Below, piece by piece: positions 59,793 to 64,000 of a stretch of 64,000 nt of DNA. The translations under genes and the position numbers were made by a program. This DNA is from Macrostomum lignano. Its lineage: Eukaryota. Positions within the stretch are counted from its first letter, which is position 1. Each line of letters begins with the position of its first letter. The notes beneath the pieces were generated by a model. The model saw only the letters and a program-made list of their open reading frames with translations. It was not told where the DNA came from and did not search any database. The stretch spans positions 434,001 to 498,000 of the forward strand of contig NIVC01000491.1 in NCBI GenBank assembly GCA_002269645.1, read 5' to 3'.

Positions 59793-62700
59793 ATGTCCCG
59801 AAGCGAGCTGTCATCTGCCTCGACCAAAGGCGGCGCGGTTCTGTCGAGCTACAAAGACCAATCAGCGGCTCAGATGATGAAAGACAGTCTCACCGTGAGG
59901 CTGAGTCACGACGTTGGCAGAAGCGGTGCGATGACTTCCGCTAATACCGAAGTTGCGCTTGGATTTAAGGTAATCCGCTACTGTCTTTGTTTCTCAAACC
60001 ATGACTTTTTTGCTGCTTTAGTAGAGCTGTCATGCGGCTGTTCTGTCATGTGGCTGTTCTGTCATGCGGCTGTTCTGTCATGCGGCTGTTCTGTCATGTG
60101 GCTGTTCTGTCATTTGGCTGTTCTGTCATGTGGCTGTTCTGTCATGCGGCTGTTCTGTCATGTGGCTGTTCATTCAGCGGTTTTTCATGCACTCACTCTG
60201 CCGTGCCGTCGCTCTATCGCGCATCCCCAGCTCTTATGACTCAGTGCTGTAAAGTGCTATTTGTGCACTCAATTTCCTAACACAGACCTTCAGCGCCAAC
60301 GAGAACGTTCCAACCAGTTCTACAGCCGTCCGCACCGAGTTTTTCGCCCGGGACAATCATCAGCGCAGGCTGCGGCAACGCGAAGCCGCGACAGCTGTCA
60401 GGCCAGACGCTGCCTCGTCGGAGGCCGGCGCTGCGCCGCCATTTGCTGGCATCGGCACCTACCTGCCCAAGACTATGCCGCCAAGGCTGCCACCGCTTGA
60501 GAAGCCCGAGTGGATGCTCGCGTCCATCTCCGCTGCTGTCGCCGCTGCCAGCGCTACCGCTGGCGAAGCTGACGCTCCAGAGTTAACGACGGTTGAACCG
60601 GAAGCGCCAAGAGTAGCTTTCGACGAACCGAAGCCAACATCAGCTTTACCAGTCGAACGTCGAACTGCCGATCTTCGGCCGGGGTCGTCAATTGGACCGC
60701 AGAAGAGTCGACGACTGATTTTAGAAGAAAAGAAATTCGACGATACTGGTAGGCGATAGGAGGGTTTTTGTTTACGAATGAAGCAGCCACATTCCTTTGG
60801 GGCTTGTGTGCGTGCACGACAAATTCGCCCAGGTGGGGGGGAGGATTGTCGTCCGATTCACAGCCATGAGGGCCAACCCCCAAGTCACAGTCACAATCAT
60901 TTACCCAAAATATTTATCAAATAAGACTTTTTTACTTTCATTCTCATTAAAAAAAACTTCAAACAGCCCCAGCCGATCGCGACGTCCTCAGCAACATCAT
61001 CCGCCTTCGCCAGCGGCTCAACTGGCGTACGGAGGTGCCGCGGCCCAGCCCGCTGGCTCGCCGTCAGATGACTCGTGTGCTGCAGCGCGAAGCTCGAGTA
61101 GCCGGCATCGACGTCTCAGAGTTTCTACTCGCTCCTAGCAGCGGCACCGCGGACGCAAGCGTTCAAGGAGGCGTCGTCCAGGCTGAGCTGACGGACGCTG
61201 CTGGTGGTCTCAAAGCAGGCGGCGGCCTGCACGCGTTCGAGGAGACGATGGAGAGAGTTCAAGCCCGGGCTCTGTCGCGTCAGGATGACGGCGAGTTTGT
61301 CTACTGCCTGTTGGAGTCGCGCGGCCAGCGGTGCCCCCGGTACACGCCCTACAATATCGAGGTCGTGTCAGCCTACGAGGCGAAACAGTCAGCAGTGTAC
61401 TGGACAGTGTCCGCCTCTTTTGTAACTAGGGTGAGTGGACAATCCTTTAACTGAGTTACCTCATTGTGTGCAACTGCAGGTAGAGAAGTCAGGTTTTTCT
61501 CGGCTGAAAACGCCACTATGCGTTCTCTAGGGCATGCTAAAATGCTTTAGTAATACGAAAAATCTATTTACTGGGAGTTGAAGTGTCAAATGAGCATCTA
61601 AACAACATCTGATTGGGAGTTTAAGCGTCAACTATGAGCATCTAGACAACATCAAGTTGGGAGTTTAAGCGTCAACTATGAGCATCTACACAACATCAAG
61701 TTGGGAGTTTAGGCGTCAACTATGAGCATCTAGAGAACATCTAATTGAGAGTTTATGCGCCAAATATGAGCATCTAGACAACATCAAGTTGGGAGTTTAA
61801 GCGTCAAATATGAGCATCTAGACAACATCTGATTGGGAGTTTAGGCGTCAACTATGAGCATCTAGAGAACATCTAATTGAGAGAAATGAAGGCCAACACC
61901 AACATATAAGAAATTTTTATAATAGCCAACGCGTTTCGACACAAGCGGTCATCTTCAGGGCTTGCACTCATGATTCACAGTTCAGTATACTTAAATAGAG
62001 AAAATCAAAAACTGTACATGGCAATAGACAAACGGGTTCAGTCCGGTCGATAGTTGTACATTAAGAGACGAAACTAAAACAAATTATTTGGCCATCACAC
62101 AGAAAACGCAACCACAGAGCAAACAAAATTGGGGGCAGAGAGCCTCAAACCCACACCAAGCCTAGAAAACCTTGAGCTGTAAACTGGCTCCTCCACCTGC
62201 AAGCTGAGTATTCAAACTAGGTCTATGATGCTTAATGTGCAAGGCTTCCAGCACTCTGAGCTTGCCATCAAATCTACACCTATCCAAAACAGTCAAAAGC
62301 TCAGTCGGCTCATGCTCACAACAAGCATTGCAACTAAGCAAGTGATCATGCACAGCAGAGTTATTCATTCTATGCTCCCTAGCCCTAGTGTACAGGTGCC
62401 TTTTGGTTTTTCCTATGTAGGAAATGCTCTGGTCACCAGAACAACAAAATTGATAGATGCCACCAGCAGACAGCGCTCTAGGGGCCTTCGACTTCAACCT
62501 GCTAACAAACTGGCCGATTTTGGCGGTCTGAAACACAACCATGACCCGAGAGTTGAAATACTTCAAGAAGGTTCTTTTAAGCTTCTTTCCCAGACTCAGG
62601 GACGGGACTCCAAGGAATGGGAGTTTGATCAGCAAATCACTGGAATTCGACCTCTTGGCTTCGTCAGTCAAACTAGACTCAGTCATTTTCTTAGTCAGAA

Positions 62701-63699
62701 ATCTGTTCAGCACTTTACTAACAAAACCCCTAGAGAAACCGTTACGTTGAAAAATGTCAGTGAGCTTGACGACTTCTTGGTGGAAAGATTGCCAAGTACT
62801 ACAGATACTAAACGCTCTGTGCATCATGCACCCGACAAGACCAGCCTTCCATTGGCGCGGGCACATGAATAACTCTGCTGTGCATGATCACTTGCTTAGT
62901 TGCAATGCTTGTTGTGAGCATGAGCCGACTGAGCTTTTGACTGTTTTGGATAGGTGTAGATTTGATGGCAAGCTCAGAGTGCTGGAAGCCTTGCACATTA
63001 AGCATCATAGACCTAGTTTGAATACTCAGCTTGCAGGTGGAGGAGCCAGTTTACAGCTCAAGGTTTTCTAGGCTTGGTGTGGGTTTGAGGCTCTCTGCCC
63101 CCAATTTTGTTTGCTCTGTGGTTGCGTTTTCTGTGTGATGGCCAAATAATTTGTTTTAGTTTCGTCTCTTAATGTACAACTATCGACCGGACTGAACCCG
63201 TTTGTCTATTGCCATGTACAGTTTTTGATTTTCTCTATTTAAGTATACTGAACTGTGAATCATGAGTGCAAGCCCTGAAGATGACCGCTTGTGTCGAAAC
63301 GCGTTGGCTATAATAATAATTTCTTATATGTTGGTGTTGGCCTTCATTTCTCTATTATTTATTAAAAGAGCATCGCTACCAGATATCTAATTGAGAGTTT
63401 ATGCGTCAACTATGAGCATCTAGACAACACCTACTACTATATGTTCAATCACGCAACACATACCCAGGTTAATCAAGCAACCATAGGTAACTCACACGAC
63501 TTTGAAAAAATTTGTTTCAGTTCGAGAAGCTCGACAAAAATAACCAAGAGGTCTCCAGCATGCCAACAGTGCTGTGGCTTTTCGAACGCAATCTGTGCCA
63601 AGCTATTGGCGAAATTCGAACTTTTCGTCAATTTCGTCTTTGGAAAGCGTTCAAAGTTTGGCACTGCAACGTTCTGGCCGCTAAGCAGCAGAGGAACTC
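59793..63699 (+). CDS. DNAH14: Axonemal dynein heavy chain, DNAH14-like, N-terminal exons join(59793..59969, 60286..60748, 60967..61430, 63521..63699); continues beyond the window
   Basis: GT-AG introns with compatible phases (0,1,0,2). The peptides RRLILEEKKFDD, DVLSNIIRLRQRLNW, DDGEFVYCL, PYNIEVVSAYEAK..YWTVSASF and FRQFRLWKAFKVWHCNV resemble the recalled DNAH14/DNAH6 N-terminal region. Orthology needs BLAST or phylogeny. Confidence 0.78.
60027..60171. repeat. 16-bp repeat (CTGTTCTGTCATGCGG)n in dynein intron 1
   Basis: About 9 copies. Confidence 0.92.
61570..61883. repeat. 44-bp minisatellite in dynein intron 3, interrupted by the PLE and resuming at ~63385-63428
   Basis: GGGAGTTTAAGCGTCAACTATGAGCATCTAGACAACATCAAGTT, about 7 copies on the left and one on the right. 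Confidence 0.9.
61924..61962 (-). ncRNA. Minimal type I hammerhead ribozyme in the PLE pLTR (left copy)
   Basis: Reverse complement of the copy at 63271-63309. Confidence 0.75.
63271..63309 (+). ncRNA. Minimal type I hammerhead ribozyme in the PLE pLTR (right copy)
   Basis: AGCC-CTGAAGA-T-GAC-cgcttgt-GTC-GAAA-CGCGTT-GGCT: core CUGANGA/GAAA, stem I AGCC/GGCT, stem II GAC/GTC, and a palindromic minimal stem III ACGCGT, as described for PLE hammerheads. Confidence 0.78.
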
Positions 63700-64000
63700 G
63701 TGAGTAGCTCGCGCTTTGTTTTGTGGGTTACTGCAATTTAGATATCCATCAAATATAATTGAGAAATCTCTAGTGACAAGTAGTACAAGCAGGTTTTGTA
63801 TTGCATTTTTAACTAGTGTATGAAATTAAATTTGTCAAAACGTTTTGCAGACAGGGCTAAACAGAAAAAGTAATTGGTATCTTAGAAAAATACTCTGGTA
63901 GAGATATGAACTTTTACCTGCTTTTCAATAAAAGCTATCGATATTTCTAAGAGATGGAAGTTTAAACGCCTTAAATCAATTTTTCATGTAAACATATATG

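Larger units (their letters stand above)
61880..63353 (-). mobile_element. 5'-truncated Penelope-like element (GIY-YIG) with inverted pseudo-LTRs
   Basis: ORF 62162..62866 (-) has the RT C-terminal/linker RAFSICS..F..E..L..F..NGF and GIY...YIGKTKR.L..R..EH...EAL.I....P.LN. The 489-bp inverted arms are 61880-62368 and 62865-63353. An apparent 13-bp TSD ATCTAATTGAGAG lies at 61871-61883 and 63385-63397. Confidence 0.93.

Overview
Animal (non-bacterial) genomic DNA with GT-AG introns and a very high tandem-repeat load. The overall style resembles a ciliated invertebrate such as a free-living flatworm (Macrostomum-like); this is inference and was not verified. Genes: (1) an orphan multi-exon, probably single-pass membrane protein gene on the - strand (~16.8 kb to at least 1.27 kb); (2) FEN1, complete, 4 exons, 388 aa, spread over 28 kb on the - strand; (3) a single-exon secreted 6-Cys three-finger/LU-like protein; (4) a secreted PAN/Apple-PAN-LamG-like gene whose predicted exon2/exon3 junction creates an in-frame TGA; (5) the first four exons of a DNAH14-like axonemal dynein heavy chain (+). 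Most introns of the left-hand genes are filled by private minisatellites. The most notable structures are three. First, a 19.1-kb composite non-autonomous Helitron-like insertion (5'-TC...hairpin-CTAG-3', no TSD) splits a 24-bp minisatellite in FEN1 intron 2; it consists of a head-to-tail ~2.3-2.8-kb concatemer carrying (TTAGGG)n tracts plus a second satellite-bearing element. Second, a hAT-type MITE carries a degenerate 28S rRNA segment covering the R2/I-PpoI target site. Third, a Penelope-like element with inverted pseudo-LTRs bears two minimal hammerhead ribozymes. Most long ORFs in the supplied track are artefacts of tandem repeats. All similarity statements come from hand alignment or recall, not database searches.
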